Source of the DNA: Penicillus capitatus
Taxonomy: Eukaryota; Plantae; Chlorophyta
Assembly (NCBI GenBank): GCA_965649825.1
Contig: OZ287696.1
Span: forward strand, 2,109,724-2,173,723
DNA length: 64,000 bases
Direction: 5' to 3'
This document shows, piece by piece, positions 37,857 to 49,918 of the stretch. A program made the translations under genes and the position numbers. How positions within the stretch are numbered: the first letter of the stretch is position 1; each line of letters begins with the position of its first letter. The notes beneath the pieces were generated by a model, which was given only the letters and a program-made list of their open reading frames with translations, was not told where the DNA came from and searched no databases.

Positions 37857-38351
37857 ATGGCAGCCCCCGCCCCGCATGTCCAAGCCGTCCTCGCTCACCT
37901 CGACCTGCATTTCGTCCACGTCCAGGCATACAACATCTTTCTGAACGCGGTGGAGAGGTCTTTGTTGTTGCAACATGGACCCCACGTTCTCCACAATCGG
38001 CTTGATGCCATACCGTTCCACCACGCCCCGACGTTGTATTACAAGACATTCGAAGTGCTGCGAGAAATGCAGTTGTTGGCGGTCACGGGACAAGCGGGCG
38101 GCGAAAATGACGTTAGGACGTGGGCGGATATTTGCATATCCGTGCGTGGCATCCTCGTCCACAAACAATACATTCTTCCCGACGACCAAGACTCCTTCTT
38201 TGCCATCGCAGAACGCATGGCACAATTGCGCATGGACGTTGCCCAAGGGAGGGTTGCGTTTATGCAACAAATGGGACAAGGAATCGCTAACAACTTTATA
38301 ACTTTGATTGCACACGTCATTCATGTTGCGAACACTGGGGCGCCTGTCTGA
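37857..38351 (+). CDS. Orphan 164-aa protein, copy 3 (intact, intronless)
   Basis: Open ATG-to-TGA frame, homologous to the two disrupted copies. About 60 bp of 3' flank (AAATACACATCATCTCACGGCCTCGTCGCGCTAACGCACT) is shared with copy 1. Confidence 0.7.
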   Translation: MAAPAPHVQAVLAHLDLHFVHVQAYNIFLNAVERSLLLQHGPHVLHNRLDAIPFHHAPTLYYKTFEVLREMQLLAVTGQAGGENDVRTWADICISVRGILVHKQYILPDDQDSFFAIAERMAQLRMDVAQGRVAFMQQMGQGIANNFITLIAHVIHVANTGAPV

Positions 38352-38536
38352 CGATCGCTTTAACCAAATACACATCATCTCACGGCCTCGTCGCGCTAAC
38401 GCACTAAACGTGTGATGTTACCTCTCGTCGAAGAAGTACGTCCCGAAACGCCCTAGTCGACCGCATCTCATCGATTTCGATCGATCTCTACCTCAATTTG
38501 AACGGTTCTCGCGCTTCGCGAGTCATACCAAACCGC

Positions 38537-38930
38537 AGGTCACACAATTCTCACACTTTTCGACCTGTACTCTCAGAAATCCCCGACTGTGGAGACACCT
38601 CATGTCTCTCTATCGTCTCACGGTATACAAGTCACACTTCTCACTCTTTTGCTAAAATACTTTTTGGAAGTGTTAATTGCATGAGTGTCGTCCTGCCTTT
38701 ACCAAGACCCATTCAAATCTCACACTTTTCAGGTCACACTATTTGTTACACTTTCTGGATATCGGTACTGAGAAGTTTTTAACGGCCTGGGTGCGAACAT
38801 TCAAAATTCTCACTCTTTCTGATAGGTCACACTATTTGTTACACTTTCTGGATATCGGTACTAAGAAGTTTTTAACGGTCTGGGTGCGAACATTCAAAAT
38901 TCTCACTTTTTCTTATAGGTCACACTTCTT
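38537..38930. repeat. 93-bp tandem repeat (2 near-identical units, a partial unit and 2 degenerate units)
   Basis: AGGTCACACT recurs at 38731, 38824 and 38917 (period 93), with degenerate anchors at 38537 and 38629. Confidence 0.85.
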
Positions 38931-39487
38931 ACTTATTTGTCGACAACATCCGTTTTTGTCACACTTAGTCTGTGGTGTTCATGGCACCTCAGCCTGCTCA
39001 GATGTGGATTATTGCTATTACCTGGCCGATCTCTCATCTTTCTCACTCTTTTTAGCTTGTGTGTTCGTCATTCATCATCAGGATCTCAATTCTGCTGATA
39101 CTGTTTTTCTGGATGCGTTATTTTACCCCTCCGTTTGATCTGTTGTTTTCAATTGGCTGAATATCACTCATCTCACTCTTTCTGGTCAGTCTGCTGAAGA
39201 TGTGAAGACCTTGTACTCCTCTTCATGTCGCATTGGATGTCGTTTTCGGATGCTGTACTTTCCAGATCTCAGGAAGAGGCTTTTTCTGCCTTCTCCGCCT
39301 CGAACATGTCGTGCTGTGACATTCTACACATTAAGGTCGTCTCACCCTAGTTTCTGTCTGTTCAGCGAAAAGCCTCGAGCTTCTCTGTAAGCCAATCGAT
39401 AGCGCCGTTTTCGCATCGACAGAATCCGCGATCCACTCAGCTACGTCACTGACTGGAAAACTCACATACTCTTACTCGCGAATTGAC

Positions 39488-41345
39488 GTGCGACTCACAT
39501 TACTGGCTGCCAGAACCCTCATGAATCCTGGACCCAGCAACTGTGACACTGTCATGAACGACAACGACTCAGCCAACGATCAAGATCAGAACACGGGATC
39601 CTATGCATCCAAACGGATGCGTATCAGAAAACGAGCTCAAGGACGTGTGACTGCCAAAAAGAAACACCTGCAAGTTGCACAGAAGATACTCAACGAAGAA
39701 GACAACACTGTCACAGTTAAGCGTCTGGATCTCGGCCGTACACCACCTCAAAAAGCCTGGGAACCCCTCTGTATGGACTGTCACACTCCGGCCGAGTTCA
39801 TGTAGGCCTTCAGGAAAACTCTTCTGGAAGACAGAAAGGCTCACATCAATGCAACAGTCAAGAAAAAGGAATTCAAAATCTCCCTCTCCAAGTGGACTGC
39901 AATGGCCAAGAACGGCAAGATACCTTTGCATTTCACAAGGGAGCCTGGTACCAAGCAAACCAGATCTACAGCAGACCAGCTCCTAGCATTCGACGCTGCC
40001 TATAAGAAATAGCTGGAGGATCTGGAGGATCTCATCAGAGCCACAGATCCAGATATCACCAACAGATTTACAGACCGCAGAACCTTCATTCAGAGATCTT
40101 TGATGTGTATCCACATCTATGTGGATGATAGCCATCCTGTAGTTTTCACTGATGATGCCATCAACAGCATGAAAACAGAGCTCCTGGTTCATGCGAGAAA
40201 GACAATTGGACTCGCAGATTCCAATGCCAAGATCACCAGATTAACAGACCAGATGTTTAACATGGCAGCGTACCACGACGATGACAAGATTTCTGATGTC
40301 TACATTCAAAACCATCAGGTCACAGTCCAAGCTGACGAGGCTGTGAAAAACATCAAACCCACCAAACAAGAAGAATCCATGTCTCAGTTGAAGAAAGACT
40401 TTATGAGATGGGCCGATGACAGATTCGAACAACAACTTGGTCGTCCTTTCAGCCTGCCTCAATCTCACCGACAAGGCCACCAGTCTAGGCTCAGAACAGG
40501 CCTAACTTGAGGGGCAAACCTCCATTCAATGGTCCTCCCTCTCAGCCACGGGCTCCTGCCTCATTCCAATCTCAGTTTCCTCCTCACTCTTTTCCGGCAT
40601 ATCACCAGTATGACCCAGATTACTCTATGCATCCACCTCAGATGCATCCATCCTTGCAACATCCTCCAATGCATCATGCTGGCAACCAGTTCATTCCAGA
40701 TCAGGCCATGTTCAATCCTTTCAACCAAGGAAACTACAATCCTGTTCAGCAGAACTTTGTCGGCCCTAGAAACCCTCCCCGGCCCAGCCAGATTTCCCTC
40801 CAGAAAGTCCAAGAACAACAAGAATCAAGCCAAGGAGAAGAATCCAAGCAACAAGGACAACAATCCTCAGTCAAAAAACTGATGTGGTACAGAGCAGAAG
40901 TCCCGTCTCCGTGTCACACTTTCAGCTATATCGTAAGGGGCCATGTCTCCTCCAAGACACCTCTGACTCTCGCTTTCGATCAAGGCGTCTTCTTGACAAA
41001 CTCATTACCTCATTCATGATGCAGACCCAATCTCACTCTGACTCGGAAGAACAAGTCTCAGTTCACATTATCAAACCAGATCACGTAAGAGTACCCTTTA
41101 GTGATCGTGACCTTGAACTACTTTCTAGAGGTCTCAGGTGGATCCCCAGCCAACCCATGGTTCTACATGCTTCTTTGGACACCTCCTTTGAAGGTCACCT
41201 AGCCAGATCCCAGATCCATTACTCTCCTGACTCCTCAAATGCATCTAAACTTGGCAACCTGCCACCGAGTTTCAGCAGCTTTGCCAAAGCTTTCGTCATC
41301 AGTGACTCCAAGAATCGCTCCTCCGAAGATCTCACTCCGACAACA
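39488..41345 (+). mobile_element. Truncated, decayed Penelope-like retroelement (long N-terminal ORF plus pre-RT motif)
   Basis: One frame runs 39488-40510 with two TAG stops (39803, 40010), followed by a Q/P-rich segment. VHIIKPDHVRVPFSDRDLELLSRGLRWIP (to ~41147) resembles the PLE pre-RT motif (E..LLSKGLxFxP). No RT core follows. Confidence 0.5.
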
Positions 41346-41549
41346 GCTCCATCTATGTATGTACCACATATTCTGTTTATCAGAAAGCGCGTACGTGCCC
41401 TCTTTTCTGTAGTCTCACGACTCTTTTCTGTCTCTTTTCCGAGGTCGACCTTCTGCACACACGGTCGTTTTTGAAAGAAGATTGAGATTCCACTCTCCAC
41501 TGGACCGTCTGTACGAACATGCAAAACATTTCTCTCTAAATGTCTTCTA

Positions 41550-43752
41550 ATGGCGCGACGATTCTCTGTGGCAAAAGACGACGCACCAAAACGTTATCTC
41601 TTTGTTGGGAACTGCGGACCAGGTGTTGGATTAAGCAGAGACGATGTGGAAGAACTCTTTTCGCCATTTGGCCCTGCCGAAGTGGATATCACGGACGAGA
41701 AGAAATCGTTCCTCTTCTTAACCTTTCCGGACGTCGAGCGGGCACAGGCTGCTATGCATCATTTCACAAAAGTGGATACAGAAAGACGGTTCATCATCCG
41801 ATATACGGATGTCAAGAAACCCAAAAAACATGTCCGATCATATAGAAATGGGCTTAAGTGGCTAAGGGAGCGTTTGCTTCTATGCAGAAATGCATCCCAT
41901 TTCTGTTCCATGAGGCAGACGACTGTCGCATTCCTGGATTGCAATTACTGAAAGAGTTCATCAGCGTGGAAGAAGAGAACGCGCTGTTGGAATTCTTAAA
42001 GAATGAAGATTCTGAGATCGATTGGATAGTGCACACCGAACGGCGTGTTGCCCACTTCGGCGTTTCCTTCGACTACGCAGTTTTGTCACCTTACTTAAGG
42101 AGAAAGGTGTCGAGAGTGTTCCCTGCAGACAAGGAATGTTGACCTTTCCCGAGTGGCCTCACCGTTTCCCGATTGTCTCTCTCCATTCGTCCAGCGCATC
42201 CAACAGTGCGATCCCGTTCCTGCCGTAAGACTGATGCATGATTTTCAAAGCCCATTCCGTTAACGATGGTATTGCAGTTGGATCAATTGACAATCAATTG
42301 TTATCCATTCGGAATCGGTCTGGCATCCCACATAGATTCTCACACTGCCTTTACTGGTAATCCATCAACTGAACACAAAGGCAGAAGCGATGTTGCCAAA
42401 CACAGGTGCTATTGTGGCTCTGTCTGTTGGCAGTGGTGCTGTTATGCGATTCAAGAAAGGGAGAGAACGTCGACATCTTGTCTTGCCACGTCGATCGTTG
42501 CTCATCTTGGCAGACGAAGTGCGCTATTGCTGGTATGGTCTCATCATTGATCATTACCACTGTATGATATGCTCGCAGGCAGCACTCTATACCACCCAAC
42601 CACATGCAACGTGAAGTATCCGATAGATACTCGTTAACTTTTCGTCAGGCGAGAGGATTTCCATGCAATTGTGCTTATCCACAGTACTGCGATAGTCAAG
42701 AGGGCGCAGGGCCGCCAACTCGAATGCTGCTAGAACGCATACAGAATGAAGATGCGAGGAAGCAAACGGACGAAGTTGCATGTCAGTCTCTGGAAAAGGA
42801 ATACGTGCATCAGGTATACGACGTTATTGCTCGACATTTCAGCGCCACAAGGTAGGAGCTTCGACATTATATTGGTTTAGCAGAACAAACCTGTGACAGA
42901 TTTGCCGTCTGGCCAAAAGTCCGAACCTATCTCGAATCACTCGATCCAGGTTCAACGATGGTCGATGTTGGGTGCGGCAACGGCAAGTACTTCAGTGTCC
43001 GGCGCGATCTCTTCATTACAGGATTCGATCACTCAGAAGGTCAGACGATAAGGCGAAAGAGTGCTCAGTGCTTTTCTGACGGAAGCTGTATCTGAGTAGG
43101 TCTTCTCAGAGCAGCTCTCGATCGACAGATGCCTGGGGGATTGCCTTGCCAACAGAGAAGTGTCATTGACGTTGCTGTTGCCGACGGATTCAACCTACCA
43201 CTGCGAGATGCAACAATGGATGCCGCACTCTGCATTGCTGTGATGCATCACATCAGCAGCATTGATCGACGGTTGAGGATTCTGAAAGAGATGGCGAGGG
43301 TTCTCAAACCGAATGGCACCGCACTCATCACCGTATGGGCCCAAGAACAACAGGACAAAGACAAAACCATCTCCAAATGGAAACCTATTCGTCACCAAGA
43401 CAACCCTGAGTGTGAGAACAGCACACAGGCCTCGAGTCTGTTTCAAACAGCACTGCGTGCACTAGATATTAGGGATGTTGTGGGCGAGTTGCACGGAGAT
43501 GACTATTTCGTTCCTTGGCATCTTCCTTTGCATCGGGTGGAAGGTCAAATTGCAGCTCGAGAGATATTGGACGAAGAAGGAAGCGGAGGGGTTATTAACG
43601 AAGAGAAGAGAAGTGTGATGTTCCATCGTTATTATCATCTCTATGTCAAAGGAGAGCTCGAGTGTCTCTGTGCACACATTACGAACATACGGATAGTGGA
43701 TGCTTTCTTTGATAAAAGCAACTGGTGTGTGATTATACAGAAAAGCCTGTAA
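41550..43752 (+). CDS. ALKBH8: ALKBH8/TRM9-like tRNA wobble-U modification enzyme (RRM + AlkB dioxygenase + Zn motif + SAM methyltransferase)
   Basis: RRM YLFVGNCG; AlkB DQLTINCYPFGIGLASHIDSH and RYSLTFRQAR; CNCAYPQYCD; LEKEYVHQVYDVIARHFSATR; MVDVGCGNGKY; RYYHLY...DKSNWCVI. Confidence 0.95.
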
Positions 43753-44048
43753 TCTCACATCGCTGCCAATTTTGCATTCAGCTGTTGGCTCGTCCACGTA
43801 CAGAATGAGGGACAAGAATGAGATAGACGCGACATGGTCGTCAAACAACTCTCTGTTGATAAACAATCGGATTTTGTGCCGAGGATGTTTGCAGACCTCG
43901 AGAATTCAATAGGCAAGGTCGCGAAGAGAGCGCATGAGTGAAGACATTCGAACAGCTATCAATTCGACCGATTCTGTCATTTTACGCAACGTGGGGCATT
44001 ACCCCTAAAAATCAATATCCGCGAGACAATGACATCATTTGCACGACC

Positions 44049-44935
44049 ATGATGGCGACACCTCACCACCTGCTGCTAGTCATCGGCGCCTTGACGCTCT
44101 TCCGTCCTTGCTTCAGTTCAGTCGCATCAAAAGAAGTGGATCGACTCTTGAACGGTGTGAGGACACCTTGAAGGGAATGCTTGCGACAGGTAACATGTGG
44201 GAGTCTCGTGAAATTGAGCAATGCTGTTACGAAGTATCGATTGCACTCCCATGACATTCCCTACGGCCAAGGCAGCCGTCAACAATCAGTGACTGCATTC
44301 CCTCGACCAGATGATTCCAACAGTTACTGGATTGTCAGGGGAACAAAAGTGCACACCCCCCTCTTACATGCGCCGTCATCATCTTCATTGGGGTCTGTGA
44401 ATCTGTACAGGAGTCACCTTGTCAGCAGGGGACACCGATTACCAAGAAGCAAAAAATACGGCTGCAACACAACAACACGCGACGTTGGCTACACAGCCAT
44501 CTGCATCTATCTCCTCTCTCCCAGAACCAGGAGGTGATATCTCCGCCTCCTCAATCTCCGACCCTCTCACAATCCTGTACCAGGTGAGTGCTTTTGGAGA
44601 TGATGATGTCTCAGACACAGGTGACGTCTGGATCGTTGAATGGGATGGAAAGAAGGCGTCATGGGACAGTTCGATGCAGGTCGTTCGTTCGTTCGTTCGT
44701 TCATTCTTTGGATGCCCTCTTCTGGTCAAGTCAAGGAGGTGTCTGTGTGCAGGTTCGTTTTCATCATGTTGACACGGATGCTTATCTGATGTCCCATCAA
44801 GCACGATACTCAAATCCAATTCCGGGGCAACAAGAGGTATGCGCAGTGAAGACAAAGGACAAGAAGACATTCTGGGAAAGTGCTGAAGGCGTCTACTTTA
44901 CAATACCCGGAAATCCTGTCAAAGATGAACTCTGA
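44049..44935 (+). CDS. SDF2: Stromal cell-derived factor 2-like ER protein (MIR domains)
   Basis: Signal peptide, then VTCGSLVKL, YRLHSHDIPYGQGSRQQSVTAFP..DDSNSYW, LHSHL, VSAFGDDDVSDTGDVW and PIPGQQEVCA; C-terminal KDEL. Confidence 0.95.
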
Positions 44936-44960
44936 TGTGCCAACTCATTTTAATGATTCA

Positions 44961-46712
44961 TCATTGGCTTCGATCTCTAACCTTCCTAGCAGCTTCCCAA
45001 TCAAATCGACAAATTCTGGTCCAGCTTCGCACAGCCTTGAGTAGATGTGGATGCGTTCCTGGTCCGGAAAACGAATTCTCGTGAGATGATAGAAGCGTCT
45101 TGACTGCGCGTGCCTTTTCGGTTGTGCTGAGTGTGATGGAGGATCCAATGAGTTCAGCATCATCTATTCTCAATGGAAGTGCACCCAACAAACGAATGAC
45201 AGAACGGACAACAAATCCATTGGTCGGCATCATTTGACCACTTCCACGGACATCGGCACAAACCTGCAAAACCATACCCCGGACGGATGACGAGCGAAGA
45301 CATGGCAGCATCCAAACTTGAAGAAGAGCATCTCTGAGCTTGGATGCTGTTTCTGCATAGATGATGAGGACCGCATCGGTCAAATCCAATCTGAGTATCT
45401 CGGCCAGATGACATAGAAAGACCACTGGCACCACCCCGGAGGGCAGACCGATTCCTTCCGATGTCAGCAAAACTGTCCTCTTAACTGCAAACCGAAAGAT
45501 GCTTGTGGCAATGTTCATGCTCTGTGTCTTCACTGAAATACAAGCTTCCTGTGTCAAACATCATGTGTACCCGGCCCGCAGCAGTTTGAAAGGACAAGAG
45601 CGATACAGTGCAGATGTGATAGAGATGTGTGATCATATCAAATGTGTAATCTTGGCCTGACAGGCGCATGTCGTCCATCCTTTTGACAATCTGTTGTGCT
45701 TCGTTTCGGGCTTTCTTCTTTTGTGCGTCAGAGACGTGAATATAGAGGCGCGATTTCCACCACGATGGTAGTGACGGTGCTTGCTGTTCACTTTCCTTGG
45801 GTGCATTCTGTCTCTCCTCGTCTGCCCCGAGAGGATTCCAGTCCAGTACATGAGAACTAATGAAGACCTACAGACAAGCAGGCATAGGTGTAACGGAGAG
45901 TCTGCCATACGTGCATCTGTGACCCACTTCTTTCCCTCCGAGGGACCGGTCCCTCACCCACTTGCCACCACGGCCTAGATGTGGACCTTCTCGTTCTCGT
46001 CCACCCGTCCACCTTGAGAATGTTCTCGCGAGTCCCAAGTAGAGAACATAGATGAGTAGTCCCAGCAAAGCACAGCCCGCTATCGGTGACGCATACGCAT
46101 GTATTCTGGAGAAGGCGTCAGAAATCTGATTGTCGCCAAAGGACACGACTGAATGATTTTGTTGGTTCTTTGAAGTCAAAACCATCTAATACCATCTTGC
46201 CTTGTTTCGCAGGACTCTATCAGACAATGACTAGACCTTCTTGACTTTTTTCTTGTTAGGATTCTTGTGGAATCGATGGTGTGCTTTCTTGACGGGTTTC
46301 TCTACGCGTAATGCCGTGTTTGCACTCTTTATGCACAAAACACAGACAGCATTGAAATCCATTGGCATCTGATGCGTTGTGAATGCTCATCGCATACCTG
46401 CCGTTGAGGTCCATAGGTTTCCAGAATAGGTCGGGCATTGTTGCCCTCTCCCAACGATCGATAATGTCGTCGAGGTTTCCACGCTCTTTCAATGGCATGA
46501 ACGGGTGCTCCGTCCAGACGGCTTGCAAGTTGCACCAGAGCAGCAAGTCTCACACCGCGATACAGATTCCTCAACTTCTCTTTGCTTTCTTCCTGCCCGC
46601 GAATGGGTGAGGATGGAAATGGGGGTATGGCATTCTGTGCCGAACAACGATGTGCGACGCGGATAGGACATCGACGCCACTGGCCATGACCAGTAACGGA
46701 GGCCGTCGTCAT
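44961..46712 (-). CDS. Uncharacterised protein with a probable plastid transit peptide and one TM segment
   Basis: S/T/R-rich N-terminus (46712), TM segment PIAGCALLGLLIYVLYLGL followed by GKWVRDRSLGGKEV, and a last exon at 44961-45557. Exon joins not fully resolved. Confidence 0.5.
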
Positions 46713-46834
46713 GTTTGCATTCGTGAAGCAATCTCGAGACGTGACTTGAAGGGAGCTGTCGTGTCTTTGATTAGAACGCGTCGTCCCTGAGCATCGCTGG
46801 ACTGGAGTCGCACTTTGAGCTTGGACAATCGACG

Positions 46835-49647
46835 ATGCGCCGGTCTAATTCTCCAGCTTACGATCGACGCCGTTCACCACCTCGCCGTGACCGCAGAGAC
46901 TTTCCACCTCGCAGAAGACGCAGTTTCTCACGCGAACGTTACGAGGGAAACAGAACACGACGCTCTTCACCGGGCTTCAAGAGATTTCGTCGAGACGAAG
47001 ACCACCACTTCGACAGATAGTACGTACAAACACAGCGCGTCCTATGCGCGACCCGTCTCTCCTATTTTTCTGTCTCGTGTGCGGTCCACTTAGATGACAA
47101 CCGAAAAGGCACTGTGAACCCATGCTGTTGTGTCTGCAGTGAGAGAGGCTCTCCGCACAGAAGAAGTGGCCACGACAGGGACCGGGACTCTCACGATCGA
47201 TACCATGACCGAAGGTAAGGGATAGATGTACTGCTTGCTGGTGGAGATGTGGATGGGTTTGGATGCAGAGATGGTCCCGAGTCCTACAGGGAGTTTATCA
47301 TGAATCTCCCAAATGATGTGACTCCCGATGAAGCACATCGCAGATACCAAAACCATTTAGTGGACTGGTATGGTTCCGTCGTCAAATCAGAATTCGAACA
47401 GTTCAAGGATGAAGAATGGTGTGTGTTCTGCTGCATGGAGATAGCGTGCGATGCACGTTAATGGATGTGGTTCAGGATGAAGACGAAACACGATCCTCGT
47501 ACCATTCTCAAAATCATTGAGAAACACAAGACACACGCGCAGATTGCCGCGAAAGAGTTTGCCGAAGCAATGAAGCCTGGTGGCGAATTGGATGTTGAAT
47601 CTGAGTCTTTTGACCAGGGAGTCTTAAAGACAACAGAAACCGATACCAATAGTGGGATCGATTCTCTGGCAATGAAAGCAGAGATAGATGCACTGCTGTT
47701 TTCCAGAAGAAGAAGAAGACCCAAAGGCAAAAAGCTTTGTTGCTCCCCACGTTTGTTGGTCGAAAGATCGCATCGAGAGTGATCTGAACTTGAGTACGGA
47801 GCTCGTTCAGAAACTTGACGCCGAGAAAGGCATTACAGAGAATCCCATTCTTGCGACAGTGCCGGACAAGAAGCCAGAAGGTCGATTGCATGCAACAGCA
47901 CCATCATGGTTATTGTGTTCGATGAGATACTCGTGTAGTTAAGCCCGAAGGCAATGGCGAGACCTGTGATGGCAAAGAAGTTGATGAACAAATGCTTAAA
48001 GACTCAGACGAAGCAAATGTCAAGAGACTGGATCTGGTGCTGACGTACCTATGGAGGGTGCACATGATCGACTACTATTCGGGTCAGAGATATGCCTTTC
48101 TGCTGGCATGACATTCGAGCAAGATGGGTACCTTGAGTGTAGGACATGAACTCAATGATAAGGAATATGAGAATGCAAAATGCCGAATGCTGAGACCTCC
48201 GAGGGATCACGAGACCGACGAGCAAACGGGTCAGTGTCCTACGCGTCTGCGTTTGGCGGATCCGCTCAGCAATGTCAGTTTGATACAGACAAGAGAATGT
48301 TAGATGAACTGAAGGTAAGGGTGGATAACTTCTGGTCTGAACGCATCAAGAAGGGAGATCCTTTACAGCAGAAGACACAAACTGGCAAGGTTGTCTGCCA
48401 CGAATGCCCTTTGCAGTGTAGCCATTGCATGCGATGGTGGTCTATAGGTGGAGAAGGCCATTGAGGAGTTTGTTGAGTCGCAAGTGATTGAGGTCGATAG
48501 CAAAAAGTGAGATTCCTTAGTGCGCTCCATCCTCCTATAAACACCCCATCCACTCGTTCCTCGTTAAGAAGGCGCTTTGTTTTGCAGTTGCAGGACGTCG
48601 TCCTTTTTGGGAGTGGAAATGAAAGGCTCGAATGGGCATTTTTCTGTTTTTTCTTAAAAGTCTCTTTTTCTCCGATCTCTCACCACTGCGCCGTTCGTTT
48701 CGTTTATGAGAGTGATTTTGGAGACGAGACTATTTTTGACCGTTTGCCCGTAGTCTTGGTCCCTCCAGCCACGGCCAGTTGTACAGTTCGTAACCGCTGT
48801 TGCCTTTTCCTAAGTCCCTTGCGTCCTTGATGTGTTCTCTCTTAATATGTCCCTCTCTCTGATGTAGATGGGGCAATAAGCTGAGCAACAAGATGTTCGT
48901 GGGGAAAGAATTTGTGATCAAGCACATTCGCTTGAAACACAGCGCAGTCGTTGATGCCGAAAGAGAGAAGGTGAGATGACGACCCGTGGCAATGGACAGG
49001 AGATTCATCAAGAATTGTATCCTATCAGATACTAGACGAGATTTATTTTGACAATTTCAGAAAGGAAAAGGAGGAGCAAGAGAGAAAGATGTCCGAGGAA
49101 CGCGAACGTGCACTTCGCTTCGGTCCACAAGTAGCATCGAAGTGCCATGCCAGACGCACCATGATGCACATCGAATGGTGCTCTAGGCCATGGAAGGGTC
49201 CTACAATGGTGCATATCCTGATGGATTTGGGCATGGGGCTCCAGGTGTCATGGCTGGTCAAGGAATGATGGGTCCTCCAATTGTCCCCGCTCCCATGATG
49301 GGTGCAGCTATGGGCCAAATGTTGATGCCTGCTCCAGGTATGGTGGTATAACGCACGCACAATGATGGTCTGTTTTCGATTGTCGTCGTCGATGTGCGTT
49401 TGTGGATGTGACAGGTGCTGGCCCAATGGGTCCTTTTGTCTTACAACCTGTCCCTACAGGAGGTGGTATGGCCCCCATGGATATGGGACCGATGGGTGGA
49501 GCTGGCAGAGGAAGAGGAATGGAAGCTCCTGCTGCGTTACCTGTTGGCCGCGTTGGAAGTGGCCAGAATTGGAGTGGTCAACGCGAGTATTACGATCTGG
49601 ATGCACCGCAGAACAATCGCGCCGTTTTAGATTATGGTGATCTGTAG
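46835..49647 (+). CDS. SE: SERRATE / ARS2 RNA effector
   Basis: RS-rich N-terminus; SYREFIMNLPNDVTPDEAHRRY; FKDEEWFRMKHDP; LDLVLTYLWRVHMIDYY; C2H2 zinc-finger region; C-terminal AVLDYGDL*. Confidence 0.9.
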
Positions 49648-49918
49648 TTTTCGATTTGATGGTGTTTCGAGCATGCCCAATTCCAACTGCACCTCGGCCG
49701 TGTTCAACGACACAACGGAATATGTTTTTGATGCTTGCATTTTTAAAGGGCTCAGATCGTCGGCTCCATCCATTTGTGTGGCGCAACTGTGTACAATTCG
49801 ACAATTCTGCATGCGAAACGCGTTGCGATTTTCTTCCGCGTGAGAAGATAATAGAGAGGACGTTCGTGACGGCCTTCCTCCAGTTGGGTATTTGTGGACG
49901 GACTGCGGTTAAATAGCC

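Noticed and set aside
38400-39480. Hammerhead ribozyme expected near a Penelope-like element
   Set aside because: By eye I found no CTGANGA...GAAA core with supporting stems on either strand. A covariance-model scan is still needed.
39765-39790. CxxCH (CMDCH) c-type heme-binding motif
   Set aside because: It is an isolated motif in a decayed, non-secreted retroelement-like ORF with no other cytochrome features.
32733-40012. Repeated in-frame TAG/TAA codons suggesting TAR-to-Gln reassignment, as in some ulvophytes
   Set aside because: Long Gln-rich frames (49919-53428 and the Furry exons) contain no in-frame TAG/TAA, and NAB1, ALKBH8 and the SIS gene end at TAA/TAG at their expected C-termini. 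The stops cluster in decayed sequence.
1753-43752. THADA and ALKBH8 (both tRNA anticodon-loop modification) as a functional cluster
   Set aside because: They are 33 kb apart with unrelated genes between them, so there is no evidence of clustering.
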